NCBI RefSeq assembly: GCF_009914755.1
Contig: NC_060933.1
DNA from: the human T2T-CHM13v2.0 reference genome, Homo sapiens
Direction: 5' to 3' (one strand)
DNA length: 64,000 bases
Shown piece after piece: positions 41,325-54,911 of the stretch. Position 1 is the stretch's first letter, and every line of letters starts with the position of its first letter. The position numbers and the translations under genes are program-made. Below the pieces are notes generated by a model. The model was given only the letters and a program-made list of their open reading frames with translations. It was not told where the DNA came from and searched no databases.

Positions 41325-43648
41325 TGTGTTAGTCTGCCCTTACATGGCTAATAAAGACATACCCGAGACTGGGTAATTTAAAAATGAAAGAGGTTTAATT
41401 GACTCACAGTTCAGCATGGCTGGGGAAGCCTCAGGAAACTCACAATCATTGCAGAAAGGGAAGCAAACGTGTCCTTCTTCACATGTTGGCAGCAAGGAGA
41501 AATGCCTGGCAAAAGGGAGAAAAGCCCCATATAAAACCATCAGATCTCCTGAGAACTCACTCACGACCATGAGAACAGCATGAGGATAACTGCCTCCCAC
41601 TAGGTCACTCCTATGACACGTGAGGATGATGGGAAGTACAATTTAAGATGAGATTTTGGTGGGGAGACAGCCAAACCATATCATTCTGCCCCGGCCCTTC
41701 CCAAATCTCATGTCCTCACTTATCAAAACGTAATCATACCCTTCCAACAGTCCCCCAAAGTCTTAACCCATTCCAGCATTAACTCAAAAGTCCGAGTCCA
41801 AAGTCTCATCTGAGACAAGGTAAGTCCCTTCCACCTATGAGCCTGTAAAATCAAAAGCAAGTTAGTTACTTCCTTGATACAATGGGGGTACAGGCATCGG
41901 GTAAATACACCCATTCCAAATTGGAGAAATTGGCCAAAACAACAGGGTTACAGGCCCCATGAAAGTCTGAAATCCAATAGAGCAGTCATTAAATTTTAAA
42001 GTTCCAAAATGATCTCTTTAACTCCAAGTCTTACGTGCAAGACACACTGATGCAAGAGGTGGGCTCCCATGGCCTTGGGCAGCTCCGCCCCTGTGGCTTT
42101 GCAGGGTAATGCCCGCTTCCCTGCTGCTTTCATGGCTGGCATTAAGTGTCTGTGGCTTTTCCAGGTACATGGTACAAGCTGTCGGTAGATCTACCATTCT
42201 GGGGTCTGGAGAACAGTGGCTCTCTTCTTACAACTCCCCTAGGCAGTGCCCCACTGGGGATTCTGTGTGGGGGCTCTAACCTCACATTTCCCTTCCACAC
42301 GGTCCTAGCAGAGATTCTTCATGAGGGCTCTGACCCTACAGCAAACTTCTGCCTGGACGTCCCAGAATTTTCATACATCCTCTGAAATCTAGGTGGAGGT
42401 TCCCAAACCTCAATTCTTGTCTTCTGCACACTTTCAGGACCAACACTACATGGAAGTTGCCAAGGCTTGGGGCTTGCATCCTCTGAAGCAACAGCCTGAG
42501 CTGTCTGTTGGCCCCTTTTAGCTACACCTGAGATGCAGAGCACCAAGTCCCGAGGTTGCACAGAGCAGCAGGGGGGCCCTGGGCCCAGCCCATGAAACCA
42601 TGTTTCCCTCCTAGGCCTCCCAGCCTGTGACAAGAGGTGCTGCTGTGAAGTTCTCTGAAATGCCCTGGAGACTTTTTCCCTATTGACTTGGTGATTAATA
42701 TTTGGCTCCTTATTAGTTATGCAAATTTCTGCAGCCAGCTTGAATTTCTCCCCAGAAAATGGTTTCTTTTTTTTTCCCTATTGCATCGTCAGGCTGCAAA
42801 TTTCCCAGACTTTTATGCTCTGCTTCCTCTTGAATGCTTTGCCGCTTAGAAATTTCTCTCCCCAGGTACCCTAAATCATCCCTCTCAAGTTCAAAGTTCC
42901 ACAGATCTCTAGGGCAGGGGCAAAATGATGCCAGTCTCTTTGAATAGCAAGAGCGACCTTTACTCTAGTTTCCAACAGGTTCCTCATCTCCATCTGAGAC
43001 CACTTCAGCCTGGACTTCATTGTTCATGTCACTATCAGCATTTTGGTCAAAGCCATTCAACAAGTCTCTGCTCTGGGAAGTTCCAAACTTTCCCACATCT
43101 TCCTATCTTCTGGGCCCTCCAAGTCTCTAGGAAGTTCCAAACCTTCCCACATTTTCCTGTCTTCTTCTGAGCCCTCCAAACAGTTCCAACCTCTGCCTGT
43201 TACCCCATTCCAAAGTCGCTTCTACATTTTTGGGTATCTTTACAGCAGCGCCCCACTATCTGCAGTACCAATTTACTGTATTAGTCCATTCTCATGCTGC
43301 TAATAAAGACATACCTGAGACTGGGTAATTTATAAAGGAAAGGGGTTTAATTTACTCACAGTTCAGCATGGCTAGGGAAGCCTCAGGAAACTTGCAATCA
43401 TGGCAGAAGGGGAAACAAACATGTCCTTCTTCACATGGTGGCAGCACAGAGAAGTGTCGAGCAAAAGGGGGAAATGCCCCATATAAAACCATCAGATCTC
43501 ATGAAAACTCACAATCATGAGAATAGCATGAAGGTAACCATCCTCATGATTAAATTACCTCCCACCGGGTCTCTCGCATGACATGTGGGGATTACGGGAG
43601 CTACAATTCAAGATGAGATTTTGGTGAGGACACAGCCAAACCATATCA
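41325..43648 (-). mobile_element. Full-length THE1 (C/D-like) MaLR provirus: 5' LTR 43277-43648, internal 41684-43276, 3' LTR 41325-41683
   Basis: Two LTRs ending AGCCAAACCATATCA on +; polypurine tract next to 41683; perfect 5-bp TSD GTCCT at 41320-41324 and 43649-43653. Confidence 0.95.
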
Positions 43649-44697
43649 GTCCTTGTTTTCAATGTATCTAGAAGTGAAACTGCTGGATCATATGGTAATT
43701 CTCTTTAAATTTTGAGGAACAGCCATACTGTTTTCCACAGCATCTGCACTGTTTTACATTCTCACTAGCAATACACAAAGGCTCCAGTTTCTCCACATTC
43801 TCATCAACACTTCTTTTTGTTTTTTTGATAATAGTGATCCTAATGGGTATGAAATGGTTAATCAGTTCTATTTTAAGTGATATCCATAATAGGCTTGTGT
43901 CACATTTGCAGTGGTCCATCGTCTTCTGAAGAGCTTTTCTAAGTATGGGAAACTTCCATGTTATACTTTCTGCCCTTGCAATACAGAACTCAGATTTCAA
44001 ATCCCCAGCTTCCCTTTCAGCTAGAATAAAATCACGTGGCCTGGACTCTACTAATCAGATGCACCCCTGTGAGATTTAAATTCCCAAGTAACGAGCAAAA
44101 GATATAAGCTCTTTTCACTGTTTTCATTTTGTAGGATTGTGTGATGGCAATGGAGTCTTAGTTTTGGGGACATTAACAGTTGCAATAGGTCCAGTGCAGT
44201 CAGGTTCCAGGTCTCTAGGGTGACAGTAGCATTTGTTTATCAAGCCATTTCTGTGGCATGATTTTGGACTGTTCCTGGAAGCTTAGCATCAATCCAGTCT
44301 AGTTTAAAACTTCAATTGAATAACTAATTGAATATTTGTCTTCACCCTGCCCCATGCCAGCAGCTAGGCTTCTACTCTAGAGCCTTCGAGTGGGGAAAGG
44401 GCATTGTCTTCACATTCATTCTTCTCTCTTTTTCCTGTCCTCTTAGTTTCTGCAGTGTAGGGGCAGGGAGGATGGATGAAAAAAATAAAGAATATTCACC
44501 TAACTGGGTGTTATTGTAGTCCGCTCTCAGATATCATTTCCCTTCTGTATTTAGGCACATGTGTAAATACCAGCTCGCTGGTGGTGGACTTTTTTTTAAT
44601 GTATGGAAGTGGCCAGAAAACTGTAGAATCTGCACAAGATATCATTAAAGAACAGCCAAGGGAGATTCATGAAAGCATGATTGAAAGCTGTAGGTGA

Positions 44698-45075
<378 letters not shown>

Positions 45076-46037
45076 TAATTACTGAAGGTGCAGCCATTTG
45101 AGGGCCCTGTTCTTACATGCGCGGGGGGCGGGGGTGTCGGTCTTGGTTCCAGCTGTTCACAGTCACTGGACCCATCTCCTGGCTTGGGACATACACTCAG
45201 ACATGACCTTTGCCACCTCCCTCCCCCAGTTTTGTCCAGTAGTGGAATATCCCATAGCCTTCAACTACTGGAGTCTCTTACTTGATGGGTCATACTTTTA
45301 GGTGGGGCACTAGCAAGCAGTTTAAGCCTAGCTATTTGTGGATCCACATGAAACTTATGCATCTTTGTTCCACCAAATAGGGTAAGTATTGACTACTGCA
45401 CATTTGCATTCTCTCTGTTCTGTCACTTTTTTCCCCTTTCTTTTTCTTCTGTACATAAAGATACAGGGCACAGATCAGCAAGGGCACTGTCTAAACAGAA
45501 CCCAAACTAAAGAATAAGATGTCAATAAGATGCTAGATCTCTAAGAGTGATAGATGGAGCCCTTTTTACATTGGGGGAATTTGGAAAAAGGCAGTTTTCT
45601 TTTTCTCTCCCAAGGGAAGAGGTGGGAAAAGCCACTATTCTCATCCTTCACCAGCAACACCCAACTTGCAGGATACTTTCTTCTCTCTCTAATCTCTCCT
45701 ATACAGACTGGAGATGGTGGAAGAAAGAGTGGTGCAGGAGCTGTAGGAATAATTGGGGGAGCCCATTTGGCCACTTCTTTAAAATCCCTGGAAGAATTGG
45801 CTGGCCTTAATTAGTTTCACTTATCTTTAAAATCTGGGGCATTGCACACCTCTCTTACCCACGGGCAATAAGTCATATTACACTCAGCATTCTATTACAT
45901 CCACTCCCTAGATCTTTTTTTCTGAGTAAAAGCCCATTTATTTATAGTCTCCTTCCAAAATTCCATATCTTTGAACAAGATTATTCTTGTGTCTCCAGTG
46001 TTTTATCTTTGTGGCTATAATTTTTGTGTCCAGGGGG

Positions 46038-46286
46038 GTATTAGTCTGTTTTCACACTGCTATCAAGGCACTGCTTGAGACTGGGTAATTTATAAAGAAA
46101 AGAAGTTTAATTGACTCACAGTTCTGCATGGCTGTGGAGGCCTCAGGAAACTTACAATCATGGCAGAAGATGAAGGAGAAGCAAGCACCTTCTTCACAAG
46201 GCACCAGGAGAGAGAGCAAAAGAACGAGGACGTGGCACACTTAAAACCATCGGCTTTCATGAGAACTCCCTCACTGTCACTAGAAC
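46038..46286 (-). mobile_element. Partial THE1D/MSTA-type LTR
   Basis: TATTAGTCTGTTTTCACACTGCTAT..GAGACTGGGTAATTTATAAAGAAAAG..GGCCTCAGGAAACTTACAATCATGG; ends abruptly. Confidence 0.85.
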
Positions 46287-47060
46287 TGGGATTATTAGGC
46301 TTTTTCCTATAGAGTTGTTCAAGCTCCTTATATATTCTGGTTATTAATCCCTTGTCAGATGGGTAGTTCATAAATATTTTCTCCCATTCTGTGGGTTGTC
46401 TCTTCACTTTGTTGATTGTTTCCTTGCTGTGCAGAAGCTTTTTAACTCAGTGTGATCCCATTTACCCATTTTTGCTTTGGTTGTCTGTGCTTGTGGGGTA
46501 TGGCTCAATAAATTTTTTCCCAGAACAATGTCATGGAGATTTTCCTCAATGTTTTCTTGTAGTAGTTTCATAGTTTGAGGTCATAGATTTAAGTCTTTAA
46601 TCCATTTTGATTTGATTTTTGTATATGGCGAGAGATAGGGGTCTGGTTTCATTCTTCTGCATATGGATATACAGTTTCCCCAGCACCATTTGTTGAAGAG
46701 ACTGTCTTTTCCCCAGTGTATGTTCTTGGCACATTTGTCAAAAACGAATTCATTGTAGGTGTTTGGCACATATATTGAAAATAAGTTCACTGTAAGTGTG
46801 TGGATTTGTTTCTGGGTTCTGTATTGGTCTATGTGTCTGTTTTTATGTCAGTACCATACTGTTTTGGTTACTACAGGTCTGTAGCATAATTTGAAGTCAG
46901 GTAATATGATTCCTCTAGTTTTGTTCTTTTTGCTTAGGATAGCTTTGGGTATTCTGGGTCTTTTGTGGTTCCATATGAATTTTTGGACTTTTAATATTTC
47001 TGTAAAGAATCTTATTGGTATTTTGATAGAGATTTCATTGAATCTGTAGATTGCTTTGGG
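46287..47060 (-). mobile_element. L1 (L1PB/L1MA-type) internal ORF2 fragment
   Basis: ORFs encode [23 protein letters not shown] and [31 protein letters not shown] (ORF2p C-terminal region). Confidence 0.9.
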
Positions 47061-47465
47061 CCCTCATGCTTTTAATATAGTAATAGTGTAATTTTGCTTA
47101 GATCAATGATCAGTGTTTATATTATTCTAAGTGTAACTGGCTTTTGAGTGTGACTCACTTTTGCTCTTATAAAGCTTTTAACATCTCGTTCCCATTGTTC
47201 TGATATTTCACAATGATATGCCTTGCTATGAATCTATTTTCATTCATTGTTCTGAGAACTTAGTGAGACTTTCAGTCTGGAAATTCATGTATCTGAATTC
47301 AGAAAATTTCCTTAAATTATTTCTATTTTTTTCTTATTCACCTTATTCTCTTCTTAAATCCTCATAATCCAGACATTGATCTTCCTAGACTATTTATATA
47401 ATGTTTTATAAAATAATGTTTTATATTTTCTATATAAAAACACAAATAAACATACATTTATATAA

Positions 47466-48015
<550 letters not shown>

Positions 48016-49880
48016 TCAGGTTTTTAATTTCTAAGAGCTCTTTTATGTTCTCTGAATGTTCTTTTTAAAATAGCATTCTGACCTCATCCCTGGGATTCAG
48101 TGTCATAGCTTCTCTCTTTGAAGATATTAATAATAGTTTTATTTTGAAGTTTTCTCTTCCCTTCATAATTTCCCTCTGAGTCATTTTTATCTGTTTGTGG
48201 TTTGTTTGCTTGATCTTTATAAGTTAGAGGCATTCTTCATCCGTCTCATAATAGGTGTCTGCTCTTGTTTACTTGTGGGTGAGTAAAAAGCTGATTGGAA
48301 GATCTGAGTGAGTTTTATTGGAGGGTGATCTGGCTGGGTCATTTGTTGGGGTTAACCTTAATATTGGTATGTGTAAGTTTTTCCTTTTGGGCTGGTCAAA
48401 TCCCCCAGAGATGACTCTTCCATTTTTCCAAATCACCGTGGAAGCTCAGTAGATGAACAGGACTTAGCGCAGGGGTCTTGGCCTTCAGCGTCTACATATT
48501 CATTTACTCCTTCTATTCCTTCTGGCTTCAGTGTGGGATTCCTGCTCTTAACTCAGTCTTTGCCCTCAAAGTACAGGGTACCTCTGTTTTACCCTCTCCA
48601 GATAGTAAACATCCTTTTGCTAGGATGGGGAAGAGAACTCATGCAAGAGTGTGGGGTGTTGAGGGAATCTAGAAAGCTGGTGATTCTCAAACAACTTTTC
48701 TAATCCTCCTTATTTTAGTCCACCCTCTTTATTCCATTTCCAGTGTTACCTGGTGTCACCATTTCCTGGAGTTTAGATTATGTTAGGAAAAAAAAATAAA
48801 ACTGAGTCAGCCTAGAATGTTTCTTTGACATGTTGGGTTAGTTTATTTACCCATCTTCTTTCCGGCTTCCAGAAGTCAGTTGTTGTCTCTTCTCCCATTT
48901 CCCATATTCTTAAAGGTTCATGCATTTCTAAATAATATATATTCATTGTAGTTTTATATGATTTCTGGAAAAGCAAAATTTGGATTTGTGGTTCAATCCA
49001 CCATCTTTACTCAGAACTTTAATCTAAAAGTCTACATCAAACAGAAGTATCCTTTATGACTGATGTTTTTAAAAAGAAGGAGAATTGACCTCTCACAAGT
49101 CTTTGCTAAAAAAAAAAGTTTCTAAAGGATATAATTTTAAAATAAAGGAATTGAACCTTGAGGGAAGGGGTGGAATGCAAGAATCAGTAGACTTGGGAAC
49201 CTGGCAGAGATTCCTGTGGGTGCCACCTTTGGGGGAGCTATTTTCTCTTGGAAGAATTCAGTGATATTGCTGGCCCAGTATGGAAGCTTAGAGAGATGCA
49301 AAATGTAACCCCCCCACTGCAAGGCATTACCATGGCTAGAGTCACAGAAGTCATTGCAGTCCTATTGCCTTGTTTTGGAGTGAAGCCTACAGGTGAGGGA
49401 ACAAATTTCCCCATGGAGCATCCCCATCCCCCACCACCATGGGAGAAATTCCGAGTGCTGTGGCTTTTTAGATAGCCAGGAGTCTATTTGAATTTGCTAT
49501 GGGTGGCTGAATAAATAAACCTTCCACATCCCAAAAGAGTTTTAAAAATGTGTACATAAAATTGTAAAATGGATAGTGTAAAAGTAATCTTTTCAGTTTG
49601 GGGAGGAGTTGTAGGCACTTCCAGCTGTTCATAAAACAAGATGCTCCACTTTAAAGTTCCCTCTCTGTTTCTTTTTTCAGAAGACACTTTTATTAGATAC
49701 AGACAGACTTGCCCCTCAGGCTATAACCGGTGCCCAAGATAATTTCCTTTAGCCTCTAGAAAAGTAATCTTGTAAGATGCCTCTTCATAGACACCGTTCC
49801 ATTTTGTTTGCTCCACCTCGAGTATTATCAAATGAAGAATTCTATTTTAATCCTAAAATTATTTTCCCATTACTATTTTA

Positions 49881-50382
<502 letters not shown>

Positions 50383-50424
50383 CTACAAGCCTGGACCTGT
50401 GAAAAACTTGAGTTGTTAGAAAAT

Positions 50425-50665
50425 TAATAATAAATATTTATATAGTACTTGGCATGCCAGACACTCTTTTGAGCACTCTAACAATATAAACTCAATTAGT
50501 ACTCATGATCTCCATGTGAGGTAGTGACTATTATGATTTCCATCTTACAGATGAGGAAACTGAGGCACAGAGAGACCAAATAACGTGCCCTAGGTTCATA
50601 GATAGCAAGTGGCAGAGCTACAAGTTGAACCCAGGTGGTCTTGCTCCAGTGGCCATGGTCTCAAT
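50425..50665 (-). mobile_element. MIR
   Basis: TTACAGATGAGGAAACTGAGGCACAGAGAG core. Confidence 0.85.
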
Positions 50666-52471
50666 GACAAAATCATGCTCCCATTCCTGGTATAACACTT
50701 TCTCACTCTCTTTAAACAGCTTTTTTTCCCTTCTGTTAATAGTAACAGTATTTAATTTTGTTGATGATGAAAGGATTAAGGCAGTGTGTTCTTAATCCCA
50801 GCTCAGTAGAATCACCTTCAAGAGACTTAAAGAAATACCAATACTTTGCTTCTATCCCAGAAATTATTATCTGATGAGTGCCAGTCTTTGTATTAAAAAG
50901 AAACAATTCCTCAGATGGTAGACAGTGCTCATGGACAGCTGGAGCTGTGATTTACTGGATTAGGTCATTGAGGCATCCCGCAACGTCTGGTAGTAGAGTT
51001 TCTTCATTATCACCAATTGTTTGGGCCTTGCGTACTGGGAAAATTGGAAAGAATTAGTGTCATTTGACATCTTTTAAGTCTCCAGTGTTCTACCTGTTTG
51101 CATTTCAGGCCTCCAGATTTAGCAGTAACCCTGTGACTCAGCTTCTCAATGCTATTGTGTCTTTGCACACCATGCACACACCCCACACACCTGTTCAGAG
51201 CTGACATTCACTATCTGTCATCCTCCCAGTTGGTGTCCATTCTGTCTCTCAGTGCCAAGGCCTTTATTATGAATATCACCCCATCCGTGTTCATGTCAAT
51301 CAAATCACTGTGTGTGGATCCCCACTCTAACGGATGAATAATGTCAGAGATTATGAATCAGAAGCTAAGCTGGGGTTTCATTGCTGTTCTTGGAAATGTT
51401 TTTGGCTACAGAATGCTTTATTTTTCCTGTTTCCATGCCAAAGCACTCAAACAAAACTTGTAAAGGAGAAAGCATACCACCTGGGTTTAGCCTAAATTGC
51501 TCATGGGCCTCCCTAGTCTCTGGAGCCACCATTAGCTAGAATATGTCAAATTCTGGTGTGCTCTTCCTCACTCTTAACCCTAATAGGCAACACAGAGTGT
51601 TAGCGCCTGGGATCTGGGGGGTGTCCTAGGGGTGAACATGTGTGCACACAAACCAGCCTGTACCTCTGACACAGCCACGATGCTGCCCATTCTCACTGCA
51701 ATGAACTCTGAAATGCCAAAGTCATGGTTGTTGGTAGCAAAGCGGGGCATGGCACTGCTGCTCACCTGCTTTCATTTTAATACCGTCACAATCCTTATTA
51801 ATGCAGGTTGTAGAGCCATTTGTGGCCCAGTGTTTTTTTAGAGATTTAGGGAAACAGATTTTTCTGGCTTTCCCAACAGCCTGGCGTTACTCTTGGACTC
51901 AGATAGGAGACCATGGAGCTGGGCTGGGACAGACTCAGGTGGCAGGATCCAAGCTGTTTCATAGTCTCTATTTCCCTCCAACATCCAAGGCCTGGCACTT
52001 CCTTCCAGAGGTTAAGTTCTCTCTCTGTGGCCTCATCTGCCTCTCAGGAAAGTGGATTTTTGAGAGTCTGCCTTTCTCCGGTTTGCCAAATGTGCTGCCC
52101 TGACCCCCGCAAGCCTGCTTTTACTCCCTGTTCAGTCTGTTGCTCCTCTTCAGATTGGCTCTGTGCTCCCAGAACACACCTGTGATTTCATTTTTATACA
52201 TATTCCCCTGGGTAATTTAAATGTAGTTCTTTTTCTTCTACTCATAGGACTGCAGCTTAGGCTGGTTCTTGGGCCATGTGGACCAATGAGGATATGCTAT
52301 TCCTTAGACTTTCCTTCAACAAACATCTTTTGAGCGACTACAATTAGCCATGTATAGAGATAGCACAGGAGCAGATACAAAGATAAAACACACTTGCTCT
52401 GCTTTCTACCCTTGAAACTCAGTCTCTATCGCAGAACACAGAGACATAGACAAAGTCATTGTCATACAGCG

Positions 52472-52801
52472 TTCTGTGGCATGAATGTTTATGTCTGCCC
52501 CAAATTCATATGCTGGAATCCTCACCCATGAAACGATGGCATTAGAAGTGGGGACCTTTGGGAGGTGATTAGGTCATGCGGGCAGAGCCATCATAAATAG
52601 GATTTAGCACCCTTATAAAAGAGGCCCAAGAGAGACCCTTGCCTCTTCTGCCATGTGAGGATACAGTGAGGAAATAGTTATCTGTGAAGAATCAGGCCCT
52701 TACCCAACACCCAGCCACCAGAATTGAGAAATACATTTTGGCTGTTGATAAGCCACCCAGTGTATGATACGTTGTTATAGCAGCCTGCACAGCCTAGGAC
52801 A
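52472..52801 (+). mobile_element. MLT1A0-like solo LTR within an L2
   Basis: CAAATTCATATG..CTTTGGGAGGTGATTAGGTCATG..TAAGCCACCCAG; TSD CAGCG/CAGCA. Confidence 0.85.
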
Positions 52802-52887
52802 CAGCATCATACATGCTGCAGCACAGGCACACCAACAACATAGGAGAGGGGCCATTTGAACTGGGTCTTGAGAAATGAATAGAAATA

Positions 52888-53090
52888 TATTAGTTTGTAG
52901 TAACTAAGTACCACAAACCAGATGGCTTAAACAACAGAAATTTTTATTATCTCACTGTTTTGGAGGCCAGAAGACCAAGATCAGTGGCACTGGTGTCGGG
53001 GATTGTTCCTTTTGAGGGCTGTGGGTGAATCTGTTTGACGCCCCTCTCCAAGCCCCTGGTCTTCCTGGCCTCAGCACTGCCTGTGGGTAG
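52888..53090 (-). mobile_element. MLT1C/D-type LTR fragment
   Basis: GTACCACAAAC..GGCTTAAACAACAGAAATTT..TGGAGGCCAGAAG. Confidence 0.7.
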
Positions 53091-54112
53091 AGGTAGGAGG
53101 CCGGGGACCTGGGAACCAGACATTTCAAAGTTCTGCTCACACCTTCCCTGTGTTGGGTGGATGGCATTGAGGTTATAAGGGCTTTGGTAGGAGCTTGAGC
53201 TGGCTCCCGCCCCAGCCCTGTACTTTTGAGCAAGTCACATCAAATCTCTGAGCCTAGTTTCTTCCTCCATGAATTTACCATGAAACCACCTGGCACATCA
53301 CAGACACTCAACAAAACATGGTAGTATTATCACTGTGACTGGTCAGCCCAGAAAACCTCAATTTAAAAAAAATTAGAAGGTTGCATTCAAGCTGTAATGA
53401 AGGATGTCTGACTCCCAGCTAGGATCCGGAGTAAGCTGATGAAGAAAAGATTAATGATAGAAAGCATCTATTGAAGTATCTATTTCCTTTAAAATGCTCA
53501 CTCTAGAAGATGTACCTACTTTATGGGTTCAGTCATTTGACTGTGGCAGTTTGAACAGTGGGCTATATATTTTGTAATAAAAGGAGATTTGTAAGGACTG
53601 ATTGTCCCTTGGGTCTTGGTGCATCATGGGAGATGATTCAAATCCGTAGCAGGCACATGACTGCTCTTTGGGAGTAAGAGGCCAACAGTGCTGGACAGTA
53701 ACCAAGGACCATCGCTGGCCTCGGGGCAGAGCCTTCAGTTACCTCCTGCTGGAATGCAACTACGGAGGTCACTGGCAGGACAAGCCCAGAGCCTGGAATG
53801 ATTTTGCCATCTCGTTTTAGCCTGATTGTGTGTAATGAGTGGGGGCCTGTTGGGTGTATGCAGAGAGAGAGAGACGACATGGAAGCAACACAGACCACTG
53901 ACTGCAGGAGTGCATATTTGGTCTTTTCTTCTGAATAAAATTAGAATAAAGTTGGTAAAATTCACATGAAGATATTTTTAAAAGTTTACTGGAAAACACA
54001 AAAATTTATATCAATGGACCAAGGTAAATATATCAATCTTTATAAATCAATGTACACATTTAATGTAATTCCAATAAACATGTCAAAGATTTTTTTAAAA
54101 ACACTGAGTGTA

Positions 54113-54429
54113 GGCCAGGCGCGGTGGCTCACGCCTGTAATCCCAGCACTTTGGGAGGCCGAGGCGGGCGCATCACGATGTCAGGAGATCAAGACCACAG
54201 TGAAACCCCGTCTCTACTAAAACTACAAAAAAAAAAAAAAAAAAAAAAAAAAAATTAGCCGGGCGCGGTGGCGGGCGCCTGTAGTCCCAGCTCCGCGGGA
54301 GGCTCAGGCAGGAGAACGGCGGCGTCAACCTGGGAGGCGGAGCTTACAGTGAGCGGAGATTGTGCCACCGCACTCCAGTCTGGGCGACAGAGCGAGACTC
54401 CGTCTCAAAAACAAAAACAAAACAAAAAA
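54113..54429 (+). mobile_element. AluY, Yd lineage (12-bp left-arm deletion)
   Basis: GAGATCAAGACCACAGTGAAACCCC lacks TCCTGGCTAACA; linker A28 (54227-54254); TSD AAAA(A/C)CACT(G/C)AGTGTA. Confidence 0.88.
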
Positions 54430-54911
54430 AAAACCACTCAGTGTAGAGTGACAGAGATAGAGGTGAGCCCATACAAAGTACATCAGACAGTGAGAGAGAA
54501 AGGCAGAAACAAAGACAAAAATCCAGAGACAATGACTTGGCATAGATTAAAGGAGACCCAGGTATTAAGAAAAACAGATTATATATATGAGATAAATGAG
54601 AATGCAACAAGGTATAATAACTACAAAAGATGTTACTAATTTTATTATTAATTACCTTACATCTGTGCAAGACCTAGAATATACAAAGTCCTTTCCATGT
54701 TTCCAAATACTGGCCAACTAGGAGGTGAGATAATTAATGGCTTCTCATCCCACCACTGCCCTAGAGACATACAGCCTTGGTTAAAAGTCACCTAGACTTT
54801 TTCTGCCTCCATTTGCTCTACTGTAGAATGGCATTGCTCCCGTGTGCCTGGCTACCTCCTCTGGAGGAGTGAGGAGGGAGTCACCCTACTCTCTGTCTCC
54901 GTGGTTCTATC

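Larger units (their letters stand above)
40310..43862 (-). mobile_element. L1MB-type 3' end split into three pieces (40310-40702, 41213-41324, 43654-43862) by LTR insertions
   Basis: TTTTAAGTGTACAATTCAGTG..CTTATTTCACTTAGCAT; colinear continuation after each insert; ORF 43668-44000 contains L1 ORF2 C-terminal motif. Confidence 0.85.

Noticed and set aside
43061-43180. ~58-bp tandem duplication in THE1 internal region
   Set aside because: As I recall, this is shared by many THE1C/D internal copies, so it is probably inherited; checkable against the Dfam consensus
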